Program-made: the position numbers and the translations under genes
The notes under the pieces: model-generated
Told to the model about the DNA's origin: nothing
Database searches by the model: none
The model's input: only the letters and a program-made list of their open reading frames with translations
Shown: positions 45,999 to 55,181 of the stretch, piece after piece
Position numbering within the stretch: position 1 is the first letter of the stretch
How the letters are laid out: each line of letters opens with the position of its first letter
Assembly: GCA_963748815.1 (NCBI GenBank)
Contig: CAVVKJ010000010.1
Location: forward strand, 320,001 to 384,000
Origin: an uncultured Gemmatimonadales bacterium
GTDB lineage: Bacteria > Gemmatimonadota > Gemmatimonadetes > Gemmatimonadales > GWC2-71-9
Direction: 5' to 3'
DNA length: 64,000 nt

Positions 45999-47417
45999 AT
46001 GCGGAAGGTCCTTGCAGCGCTGGCGGCCGTCGCCCTCTCGGCGACCGGCCTGGTGGCCCAGTCCGGCGATCCGGCGATCAATCTTCGCGTGCAGCGGGCA
46101 CAGCCCCCGACGTGGGTGGTGCCGGACTGTGGCTTCGACAAGGGCAACTACCTCATCGGGAGCGGCGCGACCTACCTGATGAGCGGCCTCCAGACGAGCG
46201 ACAGCGAGAAGAAGGAGCGGCTCTTCACCAACGCCCGCGACGTCGTCATCGAGGGGATCGAAAAGGGGCAGGCCGGGGCGAGCGGCGCCTGGTACTACCT
46301 GGGCCGGGCCTACCTGCAGCTCGGCGACCTGGTCGGCGCGGACTCGGCGCTGACGCGCGCCCAGACGCTGGCGCCGTCGTGCGCCAAGGAAATCCAGTTG
46401 CTCCGGCGGAACACCTGGGTCGCCCTGGTGAATGCGGGCAACACCTTCCTGAAGGACGAGAACAAGGACTCGGCCGAGGTGCTCTTCCGGCAGGCGAACG
46501 AGATCTTCCGGGAGGAGCCGAACTCCTACACCAGCCTCGCGGTGCTCTTCAACTCCGAGGGGCAAGCGGACAGCGCGATCGCCTATTTCCGGCTGGCCGT
46601 GGCGTCGACGGGAGACGACCCGAAGACCGCGGAAGCGCGCGACCTGGCGCAATACAACCTGTCGGCGCTGCTGAGCAACGAGGGCCGCTGGCCCGAGGCG
46701 GTGGTGGCGTGGCAGCAATACCTGAAGTGGAAGCCGGACGACGTTGAAGGGAAGAAGGCGTATGCGCGCGCGCTGCGGGCGGACGGTCAGCCCGACGCGG
46801 CGGCAGAAATCGAGCGCGAGCTGATCAACGAGCAGGGGATGGACACGCCGATCGCCGACCTGATGGCCGCGGGCGTGAACTTCTTCAACGACAAGAACTA
46901 TCCTGAGGCTGCGGCCACCTTCGGGCGCGTCGTCAAGCGGGAGCCGTGGAACCGGGATGCACTCTTCAACATGGGGAACTCCTTCCTCGGCGCGCAGGAC
47001 GGCGCGGGCGTCGTGGAGGCGGGTACCGCGCTCTATGCAATCGAGCCGATGAACGAGAAGAGCGTGCAGCTGCTCGCCAACGGGTACCAGATGCAGAAAG
47101 ACCAGAAGCTGATCGTGAAGTACTACACGGAGCTGGAGGGGATGGCGTTCAACCTCGAGATCGAGCAGCTGCTCCTGCAGGCGGGTGGCGCCAAGGTCAT
47201 CGGCACCGCGACCGGGCGGGCGGCCAAGACCATCGATACCAAGCCGATTGCGCCGCACCCGGTGACGCTGGTCTTCGAGTTCCTGAACGAGAAGATGGGC
47301 GTGGTGGCCACGAGCGAGCGCACCGTACCGGCGCTCGGCGTGGGCGAGAAGTCGGTGGTGGAGGCCGAGGGCCTGGGCACCGGCATCGTGGGGTGGCGGT
47401 ACAGCGTCAAGAAATAG
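45999..47417 (+). CDS. Secreted TPR-repeat protein
   Basis: Signal peptide, AWYYLGRAY and ALFNMGN TPR-like helices; AAGGAG SD. Confidence 0.8.
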   Translation: MRKVLAALAAVALSATGLVAQSGDPAINLRVQRAQPPTWVVPDCGFDKGNYLIGSGATYLMSGLQTSDSEKKERLFTNARDVVIEGIEKGQAGASGAWYYLGRAYLQLGDLVGADSALTRAQTLAPSCAKEIQLLRRNTWVALVNAGNTFLKDENKDSAEVLFRQANEIFREEPNSYTSLAVLFNSEGQADSAIAYFRLAVASTGDDPKTAEARDLAQYNLSALLSNEGRWPEAVVAWQQYLKWKPDDVEGKKAYARALRADGQPDAAAEIERELINEQGMDTPIADLMAAGVNFFNDKNYPEAAATFGRVVKREPWNRDALFNMGNSFLGAQDGAGVVEAGTALYAIEPMNEKSVQLLANGYQMQKDQKLIVKYYTELEGMAFNLEIEQLLLQAGGAKVIGTATGRAAKTIDTKPIAPHPVTLVFEFLNEKMGVVATSERTVPALGVGEKSVVEAEGLGTGIVGWRYSVKK

Positions 47418-47422
47418 GTCGA

Positions 47423-47451
47423 TTGACAGGCACCCCGCATGGGGTGATTTT
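47423..47451 (+). promoter_or_regulatory. Probable sigma70 promoter of tRNA-Gly
   Basis: TTGACA at 47423; weak -10 (GATTTT) 17 bp downstream. Confidence 0.5.
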
Positions 47452-47460
47452 TGGAGAGTC

Positions 47461-47532
<72 letters not shown>

Positions 47533-47546
47533 CTCCGAAACGTCAG

Positions 47547-47584
47547 GCAGCCCCCGTCGAACCATCCGGTTCGGCGGGGGCTGC
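47547..47584 (+). terminator. Hairpin downstream of tRNA-Gly
   Basis: GCAGCCCCCGTCGAACC-ATCC-GGTTCGGCGGGGGCTGC. Confidence 0.6.
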
Positions 47585-47702
47585 GGCGTTGGGGCCCCCG
47601 CTTGACGCCCGCTTGACGCCCCGACGCGAATCTCCCGTCGCATGGTGAGCCGACCCGTGCCGCTCCGGCACGCCGAGGCTCGCCCAACACGAGGAGGACC
47701 AG

Positions 47703-48830
47703 ATGAAGTCACTGCACCGGGTGCTCGCCCTCGCTGCGCTTGTGCTGGCCGTGGCCTGCGCCGACCAGACCGAGCCGACCGACCCCGTGGCCGCCGACGC
47801 CGGTGGAATGGAGGAACACCTCGGCCGACAGGGCGGGTCCAACGACGTGACGGTCATGACGCAGAACCTCTACGTCGGGGCGGACGTCGACGCCGTCATC
47901 ACCGCCCTCGCCACGCCCGATCCGGACGACGACATTCCCGCCCTCCTGGACGCCGTGGCCACCATCGAGCGTACCGACTTTCCGATCCGGGCCCGTGCCC
48001 TGGCCCGCGAAATCAAGCGCCGGCGCCCCGAAGTGATCGGACTCCAGGAAGTCTCCATCATCGGCGTGGACATTCCTCCGCTCGGCGTGAGTCTGCACCA
48101 GGACTTCCTGCAGATCCTGCAGGCCGCCCTTCAGGCGGAAGGGTTGAACTACGCCGTCGCCGGCAGCTCAACCAACTTCACCGCGGCACCAGCGCCGGGC
48201 ATCAGCCTGACCGACCTCGACGTGATCCTGGTGGACGCCCGCCGGGTGCAGGTGGTCTCCTCCTCCGCGCACACTTTCAGTGCCAACCTCGGCGTCGTGG
48301 CACCGGGGGTGAACCTGCAGCGAGGGTGGGTCACCGTCGAGGCCGTCGTCGGCGGCGTCCGCTACACCTTCGCCAATACCCACACCGAGGGCACCGGGCC
48401 GGAGGAACTCCTCCTCGGGCTGCACCAGATGCAGGTGAGCGAACTGGTCGCGTCCCTCGGGAGCGCCGCGCCGGCCATCGTGATGGGAGACTTCAACACC
48501 ACGCCCGGCACGCCGGCCTACCAGGCGATGCAGGATGGCGGGTTCGTGGACCTCTGGGGCGCCATGCACCCCGGCGCACGGGGTTACACCTGCTGCCACC
48601 TGGCCGACCTCTCCGACGCCATCGCCCCGTTCCAGAAACGGATCGACTACGTGTGGACCCGCGGGCTCGGCGACGTGCGTGGCCGCGAGTCGGTCATGGG
48701 GCAGATCGGCCGGTACGGCGACGTGCCGTCGGACCGCATCCGGAACAGCGCGGGCGACCTGATCTGGCCCTCCGACCACGCGGGCCTGACGGCCAACGTC
48801 CTGCTGCGGCGCGGGGGACGGCACTCCTGA
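47703..48830 (+). CDS. Endonuclease/exonuclease/phosphatase-family lipoprotein
   Basis: Lipobox AVAC, MTQNL, GLQEV, NTH, GDFN, RIDY, PSDH; GAGGAGG SD. Confidence 0.85.
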   Translation: MKSLHRVLALAALVLAVACADQTEPTDPVAADAGGMEEHLGRQGGSNDVTVMTQNLYVGADVDAVITALATPDPDDDIPALLDAVATIERTDFPIRARALAREIKRRRPEVIGLQEVSIIGVDIPPLGVSLHQDFLQILQAALQAEGLNYAVAGSSTNFTAAPAPGISLTDLDVILVDARRVQVVSSSAHTFSANLGVVAPGVNLQRGWVTVEAVVGGVRYTFANTHTEGTGPEELLLGLHQMQVSELVASLGSAAPAIVMGDFNTTPGTPAYQAMQDGGFVDLWGAMHPGARGYTCCHLADLSDAIAPFQKRIDYVWTRGLGDVRGRESVMGQIGRYGDVPSDRIRNSAGDLIWPSDHAGLTANVLLRRGGRHS

Positions 48831-48858
48831 GCCTGGGTGTGTGTCTGTCGGAACGAAA

Positions 48859-48892
48859 CGAGCCGCCGGCGTCGCGTGACGCCGGCGGCTCG
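48859..48892. terminator. Hairpin between convergent genes
   Basis: 15-bp perfect stem CGAGCCGCCGGCGTC-GCGT-GACGCCGGCGGCTCG. Confidence 0.7.
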
Positions 48893-48912
48893 GTCGCGTG
48901 GGCCCGCTCGGG

Positions 48913-49791
48913 TCAGCGCCGGCGGGGCTTGGCCCGCGGCCCGTACACCGGCGAGACGCCGTGGGCCGCGGCGGCCCAGAGCGTCAGGATGGACGTGATG
49001 CCGGCGATGGTCCGCTTCTCCTGCTCGGCGTGGATGACCAGGCCGTAGGTGTCGGCGACGAAGTGCAGGTTGTTCAGCACCCGCCGGGCGGCCTTGGTGT
49101 CGATGTTGCCGTGCCAGAAATCCACCTGCTCGATGATCATCCCCTCGTGCCGGCGCAGAAACTCGCCGAGGGAAAAGACCTTGCGGCTGAGCGGGGTGCG
49201 GCTGCGGCAGAGCACCAGGAGGTCGCCGAGGTAGACATCCCAGAGTTCGGCGAGCTGGCGGTTTTCGACCCGCCTGAGCGCGCGGGCCCGCGCCAGGGAG
49301 AACTGCGCCTTTGACTGGCGCCGGAACCGGGGGACCACGGGGTGCAGGTCGTAGAAGGTGTGGACCGCCGTGTCGTCGAGTTCGTCGTCTTCGTGGTAGA
49401 CCCACATGCGGCGCAGGGTGGGCCAGTCGGCGATGGTCACCACCTTCTTTTCGCGGCTGTCGAGGAGGATGAACTTCCCCTGCTCGACGTTCACGGCCGT
49501 CAGCCAGTGGCTCCACTCGTCGACGCAGAGCAGCACCGGGATGCCGCGCCGGAGGTACCGGGTCAGCTCCGCCTTGGCGTGGGCCTGGTCGTGGCGGCGG
49601 ATCATCTGCACTTCGCAGTCGAACTTGCGCGCCGCCCGGCTGAGCTGGAGCTCGTCCGTGCCGTGCCACCAGTGGCTGCCCGCCAGCTTGCTGATTTCCT
49701 TCTCGTCCCGAAGCACGCCAAGCATCGCCAGCGCGTGTTTCAGCGCGAAGGGGCCGCACTGCCAGATGTTCGGTTGTGGGTATATTCCCAT
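48913..49791 (-). CDS. C39-like cysteine peptidase with uncharacterised C-terminal domain
   Basis: Q.N.WQCGPFAL, W.HW, LLDS catalytic pattern; start MGIYPQ at 49791. Confidence 0.72.
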   Translation of the reverse strand: MGIYPQPNIWQCGPFALKHALAMLGVLRDEKEISKLAGSHWWHGTDELQLSRAARKFDCEVQMIRRHDQAHAKAELTRYLRRGIPVLLCVDEWSHWLTAVNVEQGKFILLDSREKKVVTIADWPTLRRMWVYHEDDELDDTAVHTFYDLHPVVPRFRRQSKAQFSLARARALRRVENRQLAELWDVYLGDLLVLCRSRTPLSRKVFSLGEFLRRHEGMIIEQVDFWHGNIDTKAARRVLNNLHFVADTYGLVIHAEQEKRTIAGITSILTLWAAAAHGVSPVYGPRAKPRRR

Positions 49792-49839
49792 GAAGCGTCC
49801 GGTTCGGAGTCCCGCAAAGGTAAGCAGAATGGGGGAGCG

Positions 49840-50904
49840 ATGGCTACAGCCCGTCAGCGCGGGTCGGTGGTGGTGCTGTACAACAGCGTCAGCGACGAGG
49901 GATACGAGAAGCTGCGCGACGTTGACCCGGACACGCTGGGGTTCAAGCCGGAGTACGACATCGCCGTCTCGACGGTCGCCGAGGAATATGCCGCCATCAT
50001 GGACGGGCTCAAGGAGGCCGGGTTTCAGGCCCGGGAAGTCAACCTCGCCGAAGACATCAAGCCGCTGGAACGGCTGGTCCGCCGCAACCGGCCCGACGCG
50101 GTCTTCAACCTCGTCGAGGGATTCCACGACGACGCCGACCTGGAGCCGGCCATTGCCGGGTTCCTCGACCTCTACCAGATCCCGTATACCGGCGCCCCGC
50201 CGATCGCCCTGGCCAACTGCCGTCGCAAGGGGTTGATGAAACAGCTGCTCCTCTCCAACGGCGTCCCGACCCCCAAGTTCCTGCAGCTCAACAAGCCGAA
50301 GATCGCGGTCCGCCACGGCCTGCATTATCCCCTGATCATCAAGCCCGCCCGCGAGGACGCCAGCGCCGGCGTGGACGAGAAGAGCGTGGTCTACGACCGG
50401 GCGGAACTGCTGGCACAGCTGGAGCGGGTGTTCGACGAATTCGATCCGCCGATCCTGGTCGAGGAGTTCATCGAGGGGCGGGAATTCCACGTCGGCATCC
50501 TCGGCAACGATCCCGGGGAGGTGCTGCCGCCGCTGGAGTACGATTTCTCCGAGTTGCCGGAGGACCAGCCCAGCGTCATCAGCTACGCCGCCAAGTGGGA
50601 CCCCCTCGCCGAGGTGTTCCACCGGGTGGCGGCCCATTGCCCCGCCGACATGAGCAAGCGACTCGCCAAGCGGATCGAGGACGTCGCCCTCCGCGCCTAC
50701 AAGGTCTCGGGGTGCCGGGACTACGCCCGCCTCGATCTCCGCGTGTCGGCGGACAACCACGTCTATGTGCTTGAGGTGAACCCGAATCCCGACCTGACGG
50801 AGGGGGTGTCGTTCATGCACTCCGCCGAGGTGGCAGGGTACACCTTCTCGAAGACGCTGCGGAAAATCGTGGAAATGGCGCTGTCCCGGGCGCTTGCCGC
50901 CTAA
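49840..50904 (+). CDS. ATP-grasp amidoligase, D-Ala--D-Ala ligase-like
   Basis: VFNLVE, IPYTG, YPLIIKP..EDAS.G, VEEFIEGRE, RDYARLDLR, LEVNPNP. Confidence 0.85.
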   Translation: MATARQRGSVVVLYNSVSDEGYEKLRDVDPDTLGFKPEYDIAVSTVAEEYAAIMDGLKEAGFQAREVNLAEDIKPLERLVRRNRPDAVFNLVEGFHDDADLEPAIAGFLDLYQIPYTGAPPIALANCRRKGLMKQLLLSNGVPTPKFLQLNKPKIAVRHGLHYPLIIKPAREDASAGVDEKSVVYDRAELLAQLERVFDEFDPPILVEEFIEGREFHVGILGNDPGEVLPPLEYDFSELPEDQPSVISYAAKWDPLAEVFHRVAAHCPADMSKRLAKRIEDVALRAYKVSGCRDYARLDLRVSADNHVYVLEVNPNPDLTEGVSFMHSAEVAGYTFSKTLRKIVEMALSRALAA

Positions 50905-51067
50905 GCTCATGCGGGCGGTGGGCTTCTATGTGGGGGATTCCCGTGTATATTGGGGCCATTCCAAGTCCGACCATTGGGTGACAGTGGGCTCGTCACCGAA
51001 TTGAAGCCGGCGGTGACGGGCCATTCCGCCATCGCGTTCCGTACTTCCACTCTCGAAGGAGCAGGAT

Positions 51068-51712
51068 ATGCGCAGCTTGAAGGGAACGATGTTTGCGGCC
51101 GTCGCGCTCGTGGCGCTGGCCGGATGCTCGAAGGAGAAGGCCCCCGAAGTAATGCCGGAAGCGGCCGCTCCGGCGCCGGCCGCCGGCCCGACCATGTCGA
51201 GCCCCCCGGCCGCCACCACGACGGGCATGGCCGCCACGCCGGCCGCCCCGGCCTCGGCCACCATGGCCTCCAACATTGCCAGCGGCCCGCTGAGCGAGAG
51301 CACCGCCCAGGCCGGCGACGCCGGCGATTCTTCGTGGGTTGGCCAGATCGACGTGGACGGCGACGGCACCGAGGCCCAGGCCACCTTCCTGTGGGACGAC
51401 GAAGTGAAGGTGCTCTACATCGCCGTCGAGGATGACGAGGCGTGCGCCGGCGGTGGCACCGCCATGGCCAACACCCTGACCGCGCTCTTCGCGACCGGCA
51501 ACGTGGCCGGCGCCCCGGTCGGATCCGGCTGGACCGCCACCTACCTCGACGCCACCGAGTGCGGCGCCGCGGAGCCCATCCTCTGGGGCGAGCGGTTCGA
51601 CGCGAACGGCAACGTGACCGTGGCCGGCGAGGCGATGATCTCCCCGAGCACCGGCGACCTGATGATCACCGTGGCGGAGACCGACTCGGCCGCCGCGGCG
51701 AACGGCATGTAG
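51068..51712 (+). CDS. Hypothetical lipoprotein with Ala/Pro linker and acidic domain
   Basis: Lipobox LAGC, AAGGAG/AGGA SD, DVDGDG motif. Confidence 0.75.
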   Translation: MRSLKGTMFAAVALVALAGCSKEKAPEVMPEAAAPAPAAGPTMSSPPAATTTGMAATPAAPASATMASNIASGPLSESTAQAGDAGDSSWVGQIDVDGDGTEAQATFLWDDEVKVLYIAVEDDEACAGGGTAMANTLTALFATGNVAGAPVGSGWTATYLDATECGAAEPILWGERFDANGNVTVAGEAMISPSTGDLMITVAETDSAAAANGM

Positions 51713-51750
51713 CACGTCAGCGGGCGGCACGTCCGCCGCTGAGGGCTTCC

Positions 51751-51783
51751 GAGCCCCGTCCGGACCTGGTCCGGGCGGGGCTC
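51751..51783 (+). terminator. Intrinsic terminator-like hairpin
   Basis: GAGCCCCGTCCGGACC-T-GGTCCGGGCGGGGCTC followed by TGTCCTTT. Confidence 0.65.
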
Positions 51784-51964
51784 TGTCCTTTCGCGCAACC
51801 TGGAGTTGAGGCCGGTCGAGGGATCGACGGAATGTGGAGAAGCTCACTGGTGTCGCAACCATTACTTGAGGTGCAGAGCCCTAACCCTTGATATTGTAAC
51901 ACGATCCACGCATCTTTGACCGGGGTCCGCATGGGCTCGACCGCTTTGACATCAGGACGTGTGG

Positions 51965-53242
51965 ATGATCCGTGTAAACGCAGTGCAGCCCGAATCGCTG
52001 GGTGAGGAACTCGGGCTGTCGGTCGGGACGGAACTGCTCTCCGTCAATGGGCGCCCGCTCGAGGATTTTCTCGACTGGGAGTTCCTGACCGCCGAGGATG
52101 CGTTTACGCTCCACGTCCGGCAGCCGGACGGCCAGGAAATCGAGTTCGACATTGAGCGCCCGGAAGGACTGCCGATGGGGCTGGGGCTGGAGCCGCCCCG
52201 GATCCGACGCTGCGCCAACCGCTGCGACTTCTGTTTCGTGGACGGCCTGCCGACGGGCCTGCGCGAGACCCTTTACATTCGCGACGACGACTACCGGCTC
52301 TCCTTCCGGTACGGCAATTTCGCCACCCTGACCAACCTGAAGCCGCGCGACGTAGACCGGATCATCGAATACCGGCTCTCGCCGCTCTACGTGTCGGTGC
52401 ATGCCACCGATCCGACCGCCCGGCGGTGGCTACTGCGCAACCCTACCGCACCGGACATCCTCGAGCAGCTGCGCGGCTTCGCGGCGCACGGCATCCAATT
52501 CCATACCCAGATCGTCATGTCGCCGGGGGTCAATGACGGGGAAGTGCTGGAGCGGTCCCTCAACGACCTCTACGCGTTCGGGGATGCGGTGCTGAGCGTG
52601 TCCGTGGTGCCGGTCGGTCTGACGGAGTTCAGCAAGCATCACCTGGTGCGAGAGCCGACCGAGGCGGAGTGCGCGGCCGCCGTCCGGCTGGTGGAGCGGC
52701 ACGCCGCGGTGGCCCGCGCCGAGCGGGGACTGGCCTGGTGCCTGGGCGCGGATGAGCTGTACCTCCGGGCCGGTCTCCCGCTCCCGGGTCCCGAAGCGTA
52801 TGACGACTTCGACCAGGTGGAAAATGGTGTCGGCTCCGTGCGGTACCTGCAGGCGCGGATCCAGGAAGGGGCAGGGGAGCTGGGCCACCTGGCCGGCAAG
52901 CGCATCGGGGTGCTGACCGGCACCTCGATGGGTGCGCTGATGCCGCAGGTGCTGGCGCCACTTACCGAGGCCACTGGCGCCACCTTCGAGCTGATCGTGC
53001 TGGAGAACACGCTCTTCGGGAAGACGGTCACCACCGCCGGGTTGCTGCCGGGCGCGGCCTTCCTGGAGGCGCTCCGGAATCGCGACGACCTCGACCTGGC
53101 GCTGCTCCCCGCGGAGTCCATCAACGACGACCTGCTGTTCATGGACGACCTCGAGGCGCACGACCTCCAGGCGCAGGTGCCGGTCAAGATTCGCTTCTCC
53201 CATCATTTCACGGACGCGCTCGCCGCGCCGGTGCCCGCATGA
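51965..53242 (+). CDS. PDZ-domain radical SAM / DUF512 protein
   Basis: PDZ-like N-terminus, CANRCDFC, RDDDYRLSF.YGNF.TLTN, VVPVGLT, ADE.Y, ENGVG. Confidence 0.88.
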   Translation: MIRVNAVQPESLGEELGLSVGTELLSVNGRPLEDFLDWEFLTAEDAFTLHVRQPDGQEIEFDIERPEGLPMGLGLEPPRIRRCANRCDFCFVDGLPTGLRETLYIRDDDYRLSFRYGNFATLTNLKPRDVDRIIEYRLSPLYVSVHATDPTARRWLLRNPTAPDILEQLRGFAAHGIQFHTQIVMSPGVNDGEVLERSLNDLYAFGDAVLSVSVVPVGLTEFSKHHLVREPTEAECAAAVRLVERHAAVARAERGLAWCLGADELYLRAGLPLPGPEAYDDFDQVENGVGSVRYLQARIQEGAGELGHLAGKRIGVLTGTSMGALMPQVLAPLTEATGATFELIVLENTLFGKTVTTAGLLPGAAFLEALRNRDDLDLALLPAESINDDLLFMDDLEAHDLQAQVPVKIRFSHHFTDALAAPVPA

Positions 53243-54564
53243 GCATGCCGACCGTCGCCGTGGTGGGTCGTCCGAACGTGGGGAAGTCCACGCTCTTCAA
53301 CCGCCTCATCGGCGGGCGCAAGGCCATCGTGTCCGACCAGGCGGGGACCACCCGCGACCGGCACTTCGGCACCGCCGACTGGGGCGGCCGCCGCTTCTGG
53401 TTGATCGACACCGGCGGGTTGATGCCCGATTCCAACGACTCGATGGACAAGGCGATCCGGCGGCAGGTGGACCTGGCCGTGGAGCAGTCGGACCTGGTGG
53501 TCCTGCTGGTCGACGGGAAGGAGGGGCTCAATCCGGTCGACTCCGAAATCGCGGCGCACCTGCGCCGGGCGAAGCGGCCGGTGCTCCTGGCGGTCAACAA
53601 GCTCGACGACCTGCCCGACACCACCGCCCACATGGCCTTCTACAAGCTCGGGCTCGGCGATCCGATCCCGCTCTCGGCGGCCATCGGCAAGGCCAGCGGC
53701 GACCTGCTGGACGCGATCGTCGAACGGCTCCCCGAGCAGCAGGAAGGGGAGCTCGACGAGTCGATCAACGTCGCCGTGGTCGGCCGGCCGAACGTCGGCA
53801 AGTCGTCGCTGATCAACCGGCTGCTCGGGGAGGACCGGGTGGTGGTCTCGCCGGTGGCGGGCACCACGCGCGACGCGGTGGACTCGGTCTTCCGCGCCCA
53901 CGGGAAGCTGTTCACGCTGATCGACACCGCGGGGCTCCGGAAGAAGGCGCGGGTGCACGAGGACGTCGAGTTCTACTCGACCCTGCGCACCCAGCGCGCC
54001 ATCGAACGCGCGCAGGTCTGCGTCCTCGTGGTGGACGCGGCGCTCGGCCTGCACACGCAGGACCTGCGCATCGCGAACGAGGCGTGGGACCAGGGGTGCG
54101 GCCTCATCATCGCGGTGAACAAGTGGGACCTCGTCGAGGAGAAGGACGCCAACACCGCCCGCCGCGGCGAGGAGACGCTGCGGGCCAAGGCGCCGTTCCT
54201 GGCGTACGTGAAGTTCGTGTACATCTCCGCGGAAACCGGGCAGCGGGTGCACCAGTTGCCGCAGGAGATCCTCGACGTGGCCGAGGCGCGGGAACGCCGC
54301 ATTCCGACCGCCGAGGTCAACCGGGTGCTCGAGGAGCTGGTGCAGCACACCAACCCGCCCCAGAAGCCGGGGCAGGAGGTCAAGCTGCTCTACGCCTCGC
54401 AGGTCGGCACGGCCCCGCCAGTGTTCGCGATCGTCTGCAGCCGTCCCGACGCGATCCCGGAGTCGTACGAGCGCTACCTGATCAACGGCTTCCGCAAGGC
54501 GTGGTCGTTCGAGGGATCGCCGCTGCGCCTGAAGTTCAAGCGGCGCTCCGGGCGCAATCCATGA
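53239..54564 (+). CDS. der: Ribosome biogenesis GTPase Der
   Basis: Two GRPNVGKS P-loops, DTGG/DTAG, NKLD/NKWD. Confidence 0.96.
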   Translation: MSMPTVAVVGRPNVGKSTLFNRLIGGRKAIVSDQAGTTRDRHFGTADWGGRRFWLIDTGGLMPDSNDSMDKAIRRQVDLAVEQSDLVVLLVDGKEGLNPVDSEIAAHLRRAKRPVLLAVNKLDDLPDTTAHMAFYKLGLGDPIPLSAAIGKASGDLLDAIVERLPEQQEGELDESINVAVVGRPNVGKSSLINRLLGEDRVVVSPVAGTTRDAVDSVFRAHGKLFTLIDTAGLRKKARVHEDVEFYSTLRTQRAIERAQVCVLVVDAALGLHTQDLRIANEAWDQGCGLIIAVNKWDLVEEKDANTARRGEETLRAKAPFLAYVKFVYISAETGQRVHQLPQEILDVAEARERRIPTAEVNRVLEELVQHTNPPQKPGQEVKLLYASQVGTAPPVFAIVCSRPDAIPESYERYLINGFRKAWSFEGSPLRLKFKRRSGRNP

Positions 54565-55181
54565 CCACCGCGCAGATCGCCGCGCTCGTGGCGTCGTATC
54601 TCCTCGGCGCCTTTCCCACGAGCTTCCTGACGGGGAAGACGTTCAAGGGCATCGACCTCCGCGAGCACGGCAGCAAGAACCTCGGGGCCACGAACGTCTA
54701 CCGCACCATGGGGTGGCGGTACGCGATCCCGGTCGGGATTTTCGACGTCGCCAAGGGGGCCGTGCCGGTCCTCATCCTCGGGCCGGCGGTGAGCACGCTC
54801 GGGTGGTTCCCGCTGCTGTGCGGCGTCATGGCAGTCGTGGGGCATGTGTTCTCGGTGTTCGTCGGGTTCAAGGGAGGCAAGGGGGTCGCGACCAGCGCCG
54901 GGGTGGTGCTCGGCCTCGCCCCCATGGCCGTGGGCATCTGTCTCGTCATCTGGGCGGTGATCGTCTGGGTGTCGGGGTACGTGTCGCTCGGCTCCGTGAT
55001 TGCCACGGGGGTCTTCCCCCTGCTGGTGTGGGTCCTCTATCCGGCGCGCCGGGAGAGCATCTGGCTCTACGCGCTGCTCGCGGTGGTGATCATCTGGATG
55101 CACCGGTCCAACCTCCGGCGCCTGGCGAATGGGACCGAGAACCGGTTCGGCCGGCACGCGAAGGGGTCCGAGTCGCCATGA
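54561..55181 (+). CDS. plsY: Glycerol-3-phosphate acyltransferase PlsY
   Basis: DLREHGS.N.GATN..R, D..KG, GH.F..F..FKGGKGVAT, H.SN..RL..GTE. Confidence 0.95.
   Translation: MTTAQIAALVASYLLGAFPTSFLTGKTFKGIDLREHGSKNLGATNVYRTMGWRYAIPVGIFDVAKGAVPVLILGPAVSTLGWFPLLCGVMAVVGHVFSVFVGFKGGKGVATSAGVVLGLAPMAVGICLVIWAVIVWVSGYVSLGSVIATGVFPLLVWVLYPARRESIWLYALLAVVIIWMHRSNLRRLANGTENRFGRHAKGSESP

Noticed and set aside
41840..47258. Long antisense ORFs (for example 42589-44592 and 44676-47258, minus strand)
   Set aside because: Typical high-GC shadow ORFs opposite well-supported genes, with no recognisable motifs.
49792..50910. 665-aa minus-strand ORF as a large peptidase
   Set aside because: The first 373 codons are antisense to the ATP-grasp gene. 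The real protein most likely starts at MGIYPQ (49791).
51747..51762. Possible attR copy of the tRNA-Gly 3' end (TTCCGAGCCCCGTC)
   Set aside because: The match is short and imperfect, and the sequence is one arm of a terminator hairpin.
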